Of a stretch of 64,000 nt of DNA, positions 1 through 11,997 are shown piece after piece; position 1 is the first letter of the stretch, and every line of letters begins with the position of its first letter. The stretch covers positions 6,758,001-6,822,000 of the forward strand of contig CM052817.1 of NCBI GenBank assembly GCA_028534125.1, in the 5' to 3' direction. This stretch comes from Lama glama (Eukaryota). Below the pieces are notes generated by a model. That model worked only from the letters and a program-made list of their open reading frames with translations. It was not told the DNA's origin and did no database searches. Position numbers and translations under genes: made by a program.

Positions 1-140
1 TAAGGACACCAGTCAGGTTGGATGAAGCGCTCCCCTATTCCAGCATGACCTCATCTGAAGTAACTACATCTGCAAGGGCCTTATTTCCAAACAAAAACTC
101 ATAGTCTACAGCAACATACCTTTCAGGGGGTGTGATTCAG
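1..140 (-). mobile_element. MaLR LTR fragment (MLT1B/C-like), truncated by window edge
   Basis: 'taaggacaccagtcaggttgga...atgacctcatct...tacatctgcaagggccttatttccaaa' resembles the antisense MLT1 5' half. Confidence 0.7.
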
Positions 141-359
141 CCTACAACAATTTCCTCAACCGTGGAACATAGATTCTTTTCTTCAGTTTGATGGGGGTTA
201 TTTCAGGTATATAACCTGAGATTTGATGTATATATTGGTTTAGGCTAATTGGGGTCCACCTCTGGAATGAAGGATGGTCAAATCTTTGAATAAAACAGGG
301 TTCTGTTAGAAAGGAGAAGAAAACGGGGATGAACGCTGAATAATTGTAACACAAAACTG

Positions 360-384
360 AGTGTTGTGTGTGTGTGTCTGTGTG

Positions 385-420
<36 letters not shown>
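360..420. repeat. compound (TG)n(TA)n(TG)n microsatellite
   Basis: directly visible. Confidence 0.95.
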
Positions 421-509
421 AAAGTACAACTTGTTATAATAGGAGGATTTTAAGGGAGATGCCCCAAATTTTGTAAGTCATTAGGAATAAAGAGAATGAA
501 CAATTACCG

Positions 510-690
510 AGGTATGTGTTAGGCTCTATGCTACACATTTACACATGCATTTTGATTTAATTTAGCAAAAGCCCTGGAAGTAAGTGTAATGCTCATCTAT
601 TTCACAGGAGAATAAAGTGGGCCCTTCAGAGGCAAATGACTCATCCAAAGTCACCTTACTAGTGTCAAACGCAGGACTAGAGCTCATGGC
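510..690 (-). mobile_element. MIR SINE (degenerate)
   Basis: 'aaatgactcatccaaagtcaccttactagtg...gcaggactagagctc' matches the antisense MIR core. Confidence 0.6.
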
Positions 691-893
691 TATTGTGTTA
701 TCAGTTCTATGGCTGTTTCTATTCTGTGGTGCCTCACAATGTAATAAAAGGATGTTTGAAGTTTCAGTGGACTTGGGAGTTATTTTTCACTTTTCATTTC
801 AGTTTTGCATCAATTATCTTCGGAAACTAGGAAGCAGCAGTGAAGATAGCCTCTGCTCTTTCCTGCATTGGGGATAATCGGGTGTGGGAGCTG

Positions 894-1383
894 CGCCAAG
901 AACTGTAAGGGTCTGAAATTTTACTCTACTTGCAAAGCTTTGTGGAAATTTCCAGAAAGCACACAACTCCTGGGTCAGAGATGAAAGATAGCATATTATT
1001 CATATGGATATCAGTAGCCAGAGTAATATCTTCCCACTGGCTTCCTTAGCCCCATTTCCCAAAAGGTGACAAAATGAAGAGAAGGTGCTGCCTGGTGACG
1101 CAGTAGGTTGTGTTCCAGAAAAGAAACTCTGGGATTAGGGAACCTTGGTTTTACATAAAGGGGCTGCAAGAAACCTTGCTCAATCCTTGCTGTGGAAAAA
1201 TACATCACTTTTATTCCCCTGGCCAGTAAACACACCTGCTCCAGATGGAGACATTATCTCTCTTCCAAGGTTGTTTTTGTACAAATATCCTTGAAAGGAT
1301 AGTCTAGAATGAAAATGCTGTTCATGCCTTTGCTCAGAAGATGTTTAGAAATGTGAGAAATCCAGGGACAATGTCACTCAACA
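894..1383 (-). mobile_element. ERV1 solo LTR, MER90-like
   Basis: Reverse complement begins TGTTGAGTGACATTGTCCCTGGATTTCTCACATTTCT...GACTATCCTTTCAAGGATATTTGTA and ends ...TTGCAAGTAGAGTAAAATTTCAGACCCTTACAGTTCTTGG, the MER90-type termini; ~490 bp. Confidence 0.75.
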
Positions 1384-1511
1384 AGTTAGGTCTCCCTGCA
1401 CAATAATTTTTTTTTATCATATAATATGTTTACATTTAGAAGTCTAATAACCAATTGGCAAGTTCATGACCTCCAGCACTATATAGTGCAACTGATGGCT
1501 TGATTTTGCTT

Positions 1512-1799
1512 NNNNNNNNNNNNNNNNNNNNNNNNNNNNNNNNNNNNNNNNNNNNNNNNNNNNNNNNNNNNNNNNNNNNNNNNNNNNNNNNNNNNNNNNN
1601 NNNNNNNNNNNNNNNNNNNNNNNNNNNNNNNNNNNNNNNNNNNNNNNNNNNNNNNNNNNNNNNNNNNNNNNNNNNNNNNNNNNNNNNNNNNNNNNNNNNN
1701 NNNNNNNNNNNNNNNNNNNNNNNNNNNNNNNNNNNNNNNNNNNNNNNNNNNNNNNNNNNNNNNNNNNNNNNNNNNNNNNNNNNNNNNNNNNNNNNNNNN
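1512..1799. other. assembly gap (288 N)
   Basis: run of N. Confidence 1.
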
Positions 1800-2205
1800 C
1801 TTTGTTATATATTATATACATTCAAAACATGACATTAAAATTTTATTTCATGTTACAGAAAAGATATTAAGGCTTTCTATTATTTATAGGAGATAAGCAA
1901 GCTCTTGAGATGTACCTATTTGAATTAAAAGTCAATATGCTTTCTCTCTTTTTATTTTTTTCTGTAAAATGTGTTTATCAAAACACTGAAGCATGAATTT
2001 AAGACTCCACCCTCTACATGTCTTCAAAGAGCTAAAGAATTACTAAAATGAATGTCTGTCTTTGTCTTGAAACCTGATTGGTGTTTATGGGATGAATGAA
2101 TGAACTGATGACTAGCTCATAACTGCATCTAATTCAGTGTTTTGCTTCAGGTTGAACTGTTTCCAGCTACCTTGGATTCCTTACATGTTATATCATGCGA
2201 GTAGC

Positions 2206-2260
2206 AATTTACTTAGTAAATTTAGTAATTTTAGTAAATGTAGTAATTAAGGAAATTTAG
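2206..2260. repeat. degenerate 9-bp tandem repeat (TAGTAAWTT)x~5 preceded by an 8-bp inverted repeat
   Basis: tagtaaatt tagtaattt tagtaaatg tagtaatta...; aatttact-t-agtaaatt at 2206-2222. Confidence 0.8.
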
Positions 2261-2389
2261 TCATCTGACTTTAGTGTAAACAATGCAATGTATATACATA
2301 CACCCGAATTAACTCTAGTCTGTACTCAGTGGCAGTTAAGTTGCTTTGGAACTGGATCAAGGACCATGAGCACACAATAGCTATTTACA

Positions 2390-3110
2390 AGTGCTTCATA
2401 TATCATTATCAAAATTTATATAAAAGGATCCATTAATTAGCATGAGGCATATTGGAAATAATTTTTCATTGGTGAAATTAGTAATGTTCAAAATACAAGA
2501 CTGACAAGAAAGGCAACACAAGTGGCAGTGTCCTTGCATAAATGATGGATCAAATTCCAGCAACTCAACCTCAAGGCCAGTCACCTTCACAACATCTGCA
2601 TCCAGTGCTGCCTTTGATGTCTTCATATATTGAAGGTCTCTCTTGCTTGATCTGAGCAAAGAGATGGTTTAATCCTCTGCAAATTATTGATGCATTTACC
2701 TCTGACCTCTTAGCATTCTTTTTCTCTTTTCTTTCTTTTTCTATTTATTTTGCAAAGTGCCTGTTAGTGGGCTTGAATTGACCAAGGGAGGATTGCATTA
2801 AAAAAAGTTGGACCACATTTTTGCCTAATAAATCTTCTAGCGGTTAAAAGAAATTGGCCTGAATGTTATTTCTTAACACACTTTATTGTTGTCAACTTGT
2901 TAGGAAGGGGATAAAGAGCTCCCCTCTTTCTAACTGCAGCAGGCTACTACTATTTAGCAGACTTAAACATTTAGCCATATTTACCCCCAAATCACGACAG
3001 TCACTAAATGGACAGTTTGCAATGACGCATTTATTCAACATCCCTCTCAGCCATCCGTGTGACAGTGGTCAGTCTCCCCATGTGCCACCAGCATGGTATT
3101 CACAGGCTTA
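2390..3110. promoter_or_regulatory. candidate conserved non-coding element / enhancer
   Basis: No recognisable repeat; TAATTA 2434-2439, TGATGGAT (PBX-HOX type) 2543-2550, TGACAG (MEIS) 3060-3065. Confidence 0.3.
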
Positions 3111-4887
3111 GGGAATACTGGATTTAACAGTCTTTACAGACGTCTTTCTATAATGTTCTGGTGTTAACATTCTGTTCACTATCAAGCAACTGAAGGAAGC
3201 TCTCTATTTGTCCTTCCAAGTTCCTCTCTTTGGGTTACTGCTATTTTTTTTTCTCTCTGATAGGTATTCATTCATTTATTTATCTGTTCTCCAAACATTT
3301 TTAATGCCCTAAATAAAATAGAAATACATGTCAGGTAATAGGAGAAGTACTGAGTCTACAGTGATACATGAGACATATTTGATAAGATAGACAAAAAGCC
3401 TTGAGTCGTTGAAGCTGATGGGTAAAGGGGATTCTTCGTATTATTTTCTCCGTCTTTCTATAGGTCTTAAATTTTCCATGTTTAATTTAAAAGTGATGAA
3501 AGAATAAACTAGAACTTTGGCAGTTGAAAAAGTAAGATATATTTGAGACACATACATACACACACACATAAGTAGAGATATAGAAAGCGATTCAGAGACT
3601 GAGCGGAGAAAGAACAATTACACAACAGCATGATATCTTTCGTGTGAAAGAGATAGTTTATGTCATTGTTTTCAGTCATAAAAAAGGAATTTCCCATCCT
3701 AAGAGAGGATCCTCCACCTCCATGCCCCCATCTGGTGTTGTCCTGAAATTTGTGTAACGTGCTAACGATGACTCGTGAAGCCTCAAGTGCTAGCCTATAA
3801 CTTTAACATACTTGCTTATTTCACAGGTTCCAAATCATTTTCCAGTTTAAAACTTAAACTCAGCAAACTATTATTTTTGAGAGATGCTTAGAGCAAAACA
3901 GGATTTTAACACGGAGACAAAATCAGGTTGCCAACACTCCCCCAGAGCCAGAATATCTGTCAGCAGAGCCACACCACCTACGTGTCCCTGAGGCCCCATG
4001 GCCCAGTTTGAAAACTGCAGCCCCTCTCTGAGTCCCTAGAGTCCTCCTCTGCCCCTTGGAAGCCCGATTTCTTCTCTCAGGCATGTCCTGACTGCTGGGC
4101 ATCCAAATTCGAGCTGTGGAGGAAGGAGGCAAATCCATGTGGGCGGCTGAGAGGAGGAGGTTCAATTGAAGTGTATGCACCCAGGAGTCAGCTTTATTCA
4201 AGAGCTCCCTGATGTATAAGACAGCAATTGGGTGACTGGTATTTTCTAGAATAGACTCTAAGTCTGCATCTTTCACTCAGCTTTTGCACTTCTGGAATGA
4301 TGAGCATTGGTGCACTAATTTATTCAGTCGAACTTTCTTGAGGCACTCAGATACCAGAACTCATGTTTTATAGACTCAAAAAATATGCCACTTTGTTTGC
4401 GATAGAGACTTAAAAGATCTGTTCATGCTACTTCTGCTTTAAGATGGCAGTCTGAGGGAATATTCACTTCTCTCACCCCTTTTGAAGTTTATGATCAACA
4501 GCAGCAAAAATTGAGAAATCTGACTTCAATAAAAGGAAATGGCCATTGCTCCAAAATAAATCTTCTGAAGGTAATGTGTCCAATATAGAAACACGTGGAC
4601 AGGCTGTTAACTGACATTAGTCTCCTCAGGCTTTGGGCAGAGTATTGATTTCTTTCAAAATAAGTGTCGCAGTCCTGAAAGTCCCATCCAATGAATCTTT
4701 GATTCATGATATGGAGAAATATCAGGAGACCAAAGGAGAAATGGAGAATGTTGTCATTGAAGCCAAATCTCATTGCATGGATCCGTAAGACAGGTGCTTT
4801 GGAAGGAGGGGAAGACATCCACACCCACACCCACTTATACCGACACACCCACACACACTCACCCTACATTATTATTGTTTAAGACCT

Positions 4888-5450
4888 CCAGGGGTGGATA
4901 AACTACTGACTATCTGGTACACTCTCATGTTTATTTAAAACTCTTGAGCTAAGAATGATTTTATATGTTTAAATAGTTAATAAAAACAAAGAAAAGACTA
5001 CTGTTATAATCTGAATACTTGTGACCCCACCCCCACCTCCTGCCCAGTTCAGATGCTGGAATCCTAATGCTAAGTGTGATGATGTCAGGAGGTGGAGCTT
5101 TTGGAAGATGCTGAGGTCATAAGGGCAGAGCCCTCATGAATGGGATTAGTTCTCTTATAAAAGAGGCCCCACAGAGTTTCCCAGTCCCTTCCACCATGTA
5201 AGGACATGAGGAGAAATCTGCCATCAGGAAGAGGGCCTTCAGTTTACCATGCTGGCACCCTGATCTCAGACTTTCCAGCCTCCAGAATGGTGAGAGATAA
5301 ATATTTGTTGATTTTAAGCCTCCCAGTTTATGACATTTTGTTATAGCAACAACCCAAATGGACTAAGACAAATATGAAACAGAGACTATGTACCCCACAA
5401 AGCCTGAAATATTTACTATCTTGACCTTAAAAATGTTTGTAATGCCTAAC
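4888..5450 (-). mobile_element. MER58C-like hAT-Charlie MITE, split by an MLT1A insertion
   Basis: Left part 'caggggtggataaact...gagctaagaatgattttatatgtttaaa'; right part 'aatatgaaacagagactatgtaccccacaaagcctgaaatatttactatct'. Confidence 0.7.
5002..5370 (+). mobile_element. MLT1A-like MaLR solo LTR nested in MER58
   Basis: TG...CA termini (tgttataatctgaat...ggactaagaca); 'gagccctcatgaatgggattag'; degenerate 5-bp TSD actac/aatat. Confidence 0.85.
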
Positions 5451-5699
5451 TGATGGCACACGCTGATGGAGATAAGTTAGAGCTAATAGAGGAAAAAGAC
5501 CAATGATTCTAGATTTCCAACACAAAACTTGCAATTAGGGGATTTTTAATTGGAAGAATGAACATGAATAGAAGCATAAGCAAACAAGCTTAAGGAAATT
5601 ACAAAAGATGAAGTGGAAAATAACCACGTTAAGTTTTAGTGAAAACATTACAGACAAGGAAGCTAATCAAAGATAATATGTAAATTATGATAATAATGT

Positions 5700-5890
5700 A
5701 ATTTAGTACTGTTTTACATTTAATAATTCATGTAATTCATATAATTCTCACAACAACCCTATGAAGTCGACTGACATTTGACAGATGAGAGAAACTGAGG
5801 GATAGAGAGGTTAAGTACTTTTCCAAGGTCACATGTTGAGTAAGGAAAGAAGCATGGATGTGACCCCATTTTCTGAATCACTACATGATA
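5700..5890 (-). mobile_element. MIR SINE
   Basis: 'tctcacaacaaccctatgaag...acagatgagagaaactgagg...agaggttaagtacttttccaaggtcaca'. Confidence 0.8.
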
Positions 5891-6529
5891 TTGCCTAGAA
5901 TAACAAAAATGTCTAAATATAGAATAGAAAAAAAAGTATTTAAAATTAAAGATTATCCTCTACACATTGGGAAGGACCCCTGTATCCTGGACTTGGGCTA
6001 GGGGACAGAGTGTGATACAGAATGATTCAGCAACCTACATGGTCTGACGGACCTCAAATTCTTCAACAAGTTTTAATGCTAGGGGCGGGTAGACTGTCTA
6101 CACAAAATGAAGAAAAGAAATTGCAATCCCATAATTCTTCATGCATAAAGGCAACAGGCATACAATCTCTATCATAAAAAGTCAGGAATAAAACATCTGT
6201 TCCCCCTCATGGAAAACACTTGATGACAACACGCCATCAAGCAAGGGACATGCATCACGATGAAGAACTCGCAGAGGGAGCCCACAGGGTGCTGGTCTGA
6301 TGGTGAAATCAAATTAATCTGAACAGAAAACTCTGCCTAAAGCAAGTGTGAATGTTGGATATAGGAGATCATGTGAATAGTTCAGACCTCATCAATGTAA
6401 AAGTGACCTAACTCATAGAATTCAGAAGATTTTGTTGTTATAAGAGGTAGGAGAAATTTGAAGTTAAAACTACCATATTAGTAAAAGTATTCACTAGTAC
6501 TAGTTAAAAAAAAAATGAAGTACAGATAC

Positions 6530-6927
6530 CATATTAGTTTGCCAGGACTTCCATAGCCTTGTACCACACACTGTCTGCCCTGAACAATAGAAACTCATTT
6601 TTTCACAGTTCAAGAGGCTGGAAGTTCAAGATTAAGGTGCCAGCAGGTTTGATGTCTTCTGAGGCCTCTCTCCTTGGCTTGCAGAGGGCTATCTTTTCCT
6701 GTGTCTTCACGTGGTGTCTCTTCTGTGTCTACTCACTCCCCGGTATGTTTAAATTTCCTCTTCTTAGAAGGACACAAGTCAGCTTGAATTAGGGCCCATC
6801 CCAAAGTCCTTATTTTAACATAGTCGTCTCTTTAGGAACCCAATCTTAAATATAGCCACATTCTGGGTTACTAGGTGTTGGGGTTTCAATGTATGAGTTT
6901 TGAAGTGACACAATTTAACTCATAACC
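6530..6927 (-). mobile_element. MLT1B-like MaLR solo LTR
   Basis: 'gaggctggaagttcaagattaaggtgccagcagg...tctgaggcctctctccttggcttgcag'; 5-bp TSD gatac (6525-6529)/aatac (6928-6932). Confidence 0.85.
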
Positions 6928-7699
6928 AATACTCTATTTTGTTATAGTATTTTATACATATATATAGTATGATCTTTTAAGAATTGTAAATACCACACAC
7001 AAAAAAGTTTCTGAAATTTAAACATTTCTTGAGCTTCATGAATTTATTTATATTCTACTAAATATAGGGAAGGTTAAATAAAATTTTTTATTAGAATATG
7101 ATTAGGTGATATATGTGCATTTTTTATTAAATTATTTCCATTTACCCTTGTTCCTACAAATATGCATAGAGAGATGGCTAAAATGATGTTCACTAATTGT
7201 TGATAAAAATTATTTTTGAGATTACTAAATTTGTGTTATTTTGGGTGATTTTTGGTTGTCATTTCTACTATCTTTACTTGAATTTGTATTATGAGGAATA
7301 TGACATTATTATGAAAGCAGTGGAGTTAGTTAGGAATAATTAGAACATTGTAAGAGGGATATTAAGGCCTACTGAGAAATCAAAATTAAAAAAAAAATCA
7401 CAGGTTTCCTTGGAAAGTCATGGAGGGCTTCTTTGTAGAAATTGGTTTGGATTTTAAGGATTCAGTAGAAATTGTCCACAAAGAGAAAAAAAAAAAAGTT
7501 TAGGCTAAATAATGCCATTTCTCAAGGCAAAAAAAAAAAAAGATAAAAAATGCCGTGTAAGATATGGATGACTTGTTGAATATATTCAGAGGGATGCTAT
7601 ATGATGATACTAGAAAGTTTGCATATGCTGTTTTAAGGAGTTTGAATTTCAATTCATCTTAATGGGAAACCCAATGGAAGGATTTAAAGATAAAGGTAC

Positions 7700-7905
7700 C
7701 AATTGTTTAAAAATAATGGATCAGATAGTAAATATTTTAGGTCTCCCTTCAGCCTCTGTCACAGCTACTTAACTCTGTCACTGCAGCATGAAAGCAGCCA
7801 TGGACTTTGCCTAAATGAGGGTGTGACTGTGATTCAACAAAACTCTCATCAGAATTTTATTTACAAAATGCCATTTGTCTTGGGATCGTAATTCACCAAG
7901 CACTG
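7700..7905 (+). mobile_element. MER58A hAT-Charlie MITE (within L2 remnant)
   Basis: 'cagatagtaaatattttagg...ctctgtcacagctacttaactctgtcactgcagcatgaaagcagcca'. Confidence 0.8.
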
Positions 7906-8267
7906 GGGTAAAGAAATGGAGTGCTGTGGTTAGAGCTGTATTTTAAATTGCCTATTCTGGAAACTCATCATGAGGATGAATTTAAGGAGAGACTGACGGT
8001 TCCAAAGTTAGGAATTGGCAGGACCACATACATATCCCTATTTGAGTTCCAAGCCTAGTTCATTACCATTTAAAACGTGTGTTTGTCTCCCTGCTCAGTC
8101 TTGAGGTCCTTCAGGTCAGAGGCTGTACATCCATTATTGTTATCCTATTGTGCTCCTATTTGAGGCCTTGTGCTGGAAAGATGTTCATGAATATTTATAT
8201 ATTTAATGAATAAGTAAATTGGTTACTAATTGGATAAGTAGGGAAGAGAAGCAAGATATTTGTGGTC

Positions 8268-8530
8268 CATTGTTTCCCAAACTTCAGTTTTTCTCATACC
8301 ACTTTCATTGTTTTAGTCATTACAAAATACTCCTTATATTTGTGTAATACTTTTATTTAAATTATTTTCTTTTAAACAATTCTAGACTATTTACTTTAAA
8401 GGAAATTTTCTAAGTACTTAAGTACTTAGAAAACCAGCATTGCTTGCTATATTTGGGAAACAAAATTGTATACATAGACATAAAAATAAAAATGACTCAT
8501 ATCTACTAAATTAATCTTCCATACTGCCAT
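8268..8530 (+). mobile_element. old hAT-Charlie DNA transposon fragment (Charlie7-like)
   Basis: Starts with hAT-like terminus 'cattgtttcccaaacttcag', followed by an AT-rich body resembling recalled Charlie consensus. Confidence 0.5.
8406..8433. repeat. perfect 28-bp palindrome
   Basis: TTTTCTAAGTACTT|AAGTACTTAGAAAA is its own reverse complement. Confidence 0.98.
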
Positions 8531-8815
8531 GTCAAAAATACTGATCTAATACAATAATACCCTTGCTTTATAGGATAGTAATGTTGATTCAAATAAGTCT
8601 CATGGCTAACTCAAGGGTACTGAGCAAAGGAGCAAGAGAACTGAGTCTAGACCAGTTTCTCTGACTCTACGCTTCTGAATCAGTCAGGCTTCAGAACAAG
8701 GAACAGAAAACACTCTAAGCAAAAAGGGATACAAAGAGCAGAAATAGATGGTTACAGAATTGCTGGGTTCTAGACTTAGTTTCCAGGAATACTATGAGTA
8801 CATTGTAGATACGGC

Positions 8816-9284
8816 TGTGTAACTTTCCTGTTGCTGCTATAACAAATTACTATAAATGTTGTGCTTTAAAACAGCATGACCTTATTGTCTTACAGTTCTG
8901 GATGTCAAGTTCAAAATGGGTCTCATCAGGCTAAAATCAAGATGTTGTCAAGGCTGCATTCTTTTAGAAGACTCTGGGACAATCCATTCCCTTGCTTTTT
9001 CAAGCTTCTAGAATCAGCTCACATTCCTTGTTTCATAGCCCCACATAATTTCACCTGCTTCCTTTGTCACCTCTCCTCTGAGCCTTGCTGTCCGTCTCCC
9101 ATCTTTCACTTACATTGTGATTATACTGCGCCCATCTAGGTAATCCAGGATAACCTCCTCATCTCAAAATCTTTCATCTTACCACATCTTCAAAATCCCT
9201 CTGTAACATAAGGTAGCATATTAACAAGTTCTGAGATTTAAACATGGACATCTTAGAATGGGGGGGCATTATTAAGCTTGTTAC
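8816..9284 (-). mobile_element. MLT1D-like MaLR solo LTR
   Basis: 'ttgctgctataacaaattac...ggctaaaatcaagatgttgtcaaggctgcattc...taatccaggataacctcctcatctcaa'. Confidence 0.85.
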
Positions 9285-9329
9285 AGTGACTTACCAAGTT
9301 ACACTGTTTTCTTAAAGTAAAACACGAGG

Positions 9330-10020
9330 TGTTCCTTCCTTCTCTATTTTCTCAGTTTGTATACAATTGGTATTTTTTCTCCTATTAATGTTTAGTGGAA
9401 TTCTCAAGCAAAGACTTCTGGGTATGGATTTCACTTTTAAATTTCTTTAACAAATATATAGGTATTATAGATTTTTAATTTCTTCATGTAGTCATTTTAG
9501 TTATTTGAATCTTCTTGTAGTCATTTTAGTTATTTGAATCTTTTAAGAAATTAGTCTATTTTACCCACGTTGTTGAATTTATTGATTTAAATTTGCACAA
9601 AATATTATCTTATTATTTTAATATCAAAAAATCTCCAGTGATATCTATTCTTCTATTCCTGATATTCTTATTTGTGAGTTTTGTTACTTTTTTTCCTTTT
9701 TCCCCCTGATTAGTTTTGCTGTGGGTTTATCGAGTTTATTGATCTTTTCAAAGAAGCAAATTTTGCTTTTGCTGATTTTCTCAGTTTGTTTCAGCTTTCA
9801 ATTTTTTTTATTTCCTCTCATGTCTTAGTTGTTTCCTTTTTCTACACGCCTTAGCTTTATTTTACCCTTCTTTTTAAACTTTGGCATACGGGAAGTAAGA
9901 TAATTAACTTTTACTCTTTTTCACCTAATATATTCATTTATGGCCGTAACTTTTCTTCTGGGTACTGTTATAGCTGCCTCTCAAACTTTTTGTTATGTTG
10001 TGTATTCACTATGACTCAGT
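9330..10020 (-). mobile_element. ancient L1 (L1M) ORF2 fragment, antisense
   Basis: T-rich antisense L1 signature 'gtttattgatcttttcaaagaagcaaattttgcttttgctgatttt'. Confidence 0.75.
9481..9542. repeat. 29-bp tandem duplication
   Basis: tcttcatgtagtcattttagttatttgaa / tcttcttgtagtcattttagttatttgaa (1 mismatch). Confidence 0.95.
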
Positions 10021-10059
10021 ACAGTTAACTAATTTAACAATTAATTAATTAACTTTAAA

Positions 10060-10460
10060 AATATACAACTATAATCAAACACTGTTCTAAACACTTAGAA
10101 TATATCAGTAAGCAAAGCAGAGAAAATATTTTTCCCTTCTGGCAATTATATCCAGTAAGTTAATCCAGAGAATTGGCAAAAAATAAACTAGCAATAAGTT
10201 AGAAAGTACTATGGAAAAACACCCAGAGAAGTATTTGGGTTTCAAGGATTGGGGGTTGCTGCAGATCACTGTGTTAAAACAGACATCACGGTGGGTTTAA
10301 CTGAGATGTTAACACTTAAGCAAGACTTGAAGGAGATGAAGGCATTAACCTTGCAGATTTCTGGGTGAGGGCATTCAGGCAGAGGAGAAAAATAAGTGCA
10401 AAATTCTGTAAGGCTGGAACATCCCTCTTGTGTGCGAGGAACAGCAGGAAGCCAGGAAGG
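10060..10460 (-). mobile_element. L2 LINE fragment
   Basis: 'acttaagcaagacttgaaggagatgaagg...gcattcaggcagaggag...gtgcaaa...gaggaacagcaggaagccag'. Confidence 0.7.
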
Positions 10461-10519
10461 TTAGGATAGAATCAACTGTTAGTCATCCTCCTCTATTTTC
10501 TTAGCTCAACACAAACAAA

Positions 10520-10815
10520 CCACATTTCCCTGAACTCTCTGGGTGGGATCACATTTCCTGGTTATACATTCCTGTAGATTTTTGTACTCTCCTTTTGGGG
10601 CACTTATTTTAATTTGTAACTATATATTCATGTTAAGTATTTGATTAAATTCTTTATGTTCCACTAGAGTGGGTGCACCAAGGGCACAAAGATTTTGTTT
10701 TCACATTGTGTGATCCTGAGTGCAGAACAGGGCTTGGGCTTTGTACAGACTAAATGCATATTGGTTTTCTCATGGATTTAGTGGATGAATGGTTGGAGGG
10801 GTTGATGGATACATG
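10520..10815 (+). mobile_element. L2 3' end
   Basis: 'ccactagagtgggtgcaccaagggc...agaacagggcttggg...taaatgc' with (TGGA)-like tail. Confidence 0.6.
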
Positions 10816-11884
10816 CGTTGTTAGGCAAATCCTCCCTACCAACTCCTACCAACGAATGAAGTTTTCCATTTATGAGCTCTATATCTACAAACAATCATCT
10901 GGACCCTACCACCTTGTATTTTGGAATAAAAAAAAAATGAGAAATTTTGAAGACCAGCAATCCAAACCTTAGATTCCCAGAGACATGAATAGATCCCAGT
11001 GGAAAAACATCATCAATGGTAGTGTATTTTTCTTATAAAGTATATCTTTTAAAATAAATATAAGAAAATATATTAAATATATTGAGAGTAGTTCTTGCTG
11101 CATGTGACAATCTATCTTTAACATAAGTTGGGCCACACTTAGGAAACTCAAAGGTCATAGGGGATGTCCTGATGTATGAGCATGTAGCGACAACATTGGA
11201 CCTGTTACCAATCAGGGTGTATATGCAATGGATCCAAGGTTTTCTGGTCTAAATTATATATATATATAATTATTTTATATAAGGTATAATATATACCTTA
11301 TATTTTCACTTTACATTTGTAATATTACTCAATGCTGGTTGCAAATTAAACTTCACTACTAAGAAAATGTGTTCCTTTGTAACTTGCTGAAAGACATTTT
11401 AAATCAAAAGTATTCATTGCTTTGCATGAACATTTTTTATGTTCCATGAATAAAGTGTAGTTTTAAAAAGTTCCTAAGATCACACGTATTAGAAAATGCC
11501 AGCCCCATATTCATGTTTTAGATGAGGAAACCGAGGCTCAGACAATTTAGTGTACCCTTTCATCCAGTGTAACTCCCTCATCTATAATTTCATGTTTTCT
11601 TCTTAGTACTTTGTATTGTAAATGCTTGCTTAAAAGCTCCGTCTCTCTCACCTTGCTATTAGTCACAGCAAGGCAGAAAGTGGGCAAAAGACTTTTTTTG
11701 TCTTACAGAGCCTAGACTTGTCTGAGTCCTTAAGGACTTCGCAATGTGGTTGTCTGAAATAGGACCCAATCCAAGGTATTATTTTTACTAACGCATGCCC
11801 ACTGTTTTTATCATTTGAGCTTTAGCTCTTCTGAAAATTATTTTCAATATTTTTCTCACTGACCTGTCAAAGTATATTATGGCC

Positions 11885-11917
<33 letters not shown>

Positions 11918-11997
11918 AACACACACACATATATATAAACTTCTAAAACTGTACCATATATAAACATATTCAAGAAGATATATAGATAGATAGATAA
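11885..11997. repeat. (TA)n(CA)n and (GATA)n microsatellites
   Basis: directly visible. Confidence 0.9.

Noticed and set aside
142-429. HTHTHT-rich ORF (similar ones at 23153-23514 and 56261-56528)
   Set aside because: Translations of (CA/TG)n microsatellites.
1444-1832. 125-aa and 110-aa ORFs
   Set aside because: Artefacts of the N gap.
5500-6520. Possible HAL1/L1M ORF1 remnant
   Set aside because: Similarity too faint to define family or boundaries by eye.
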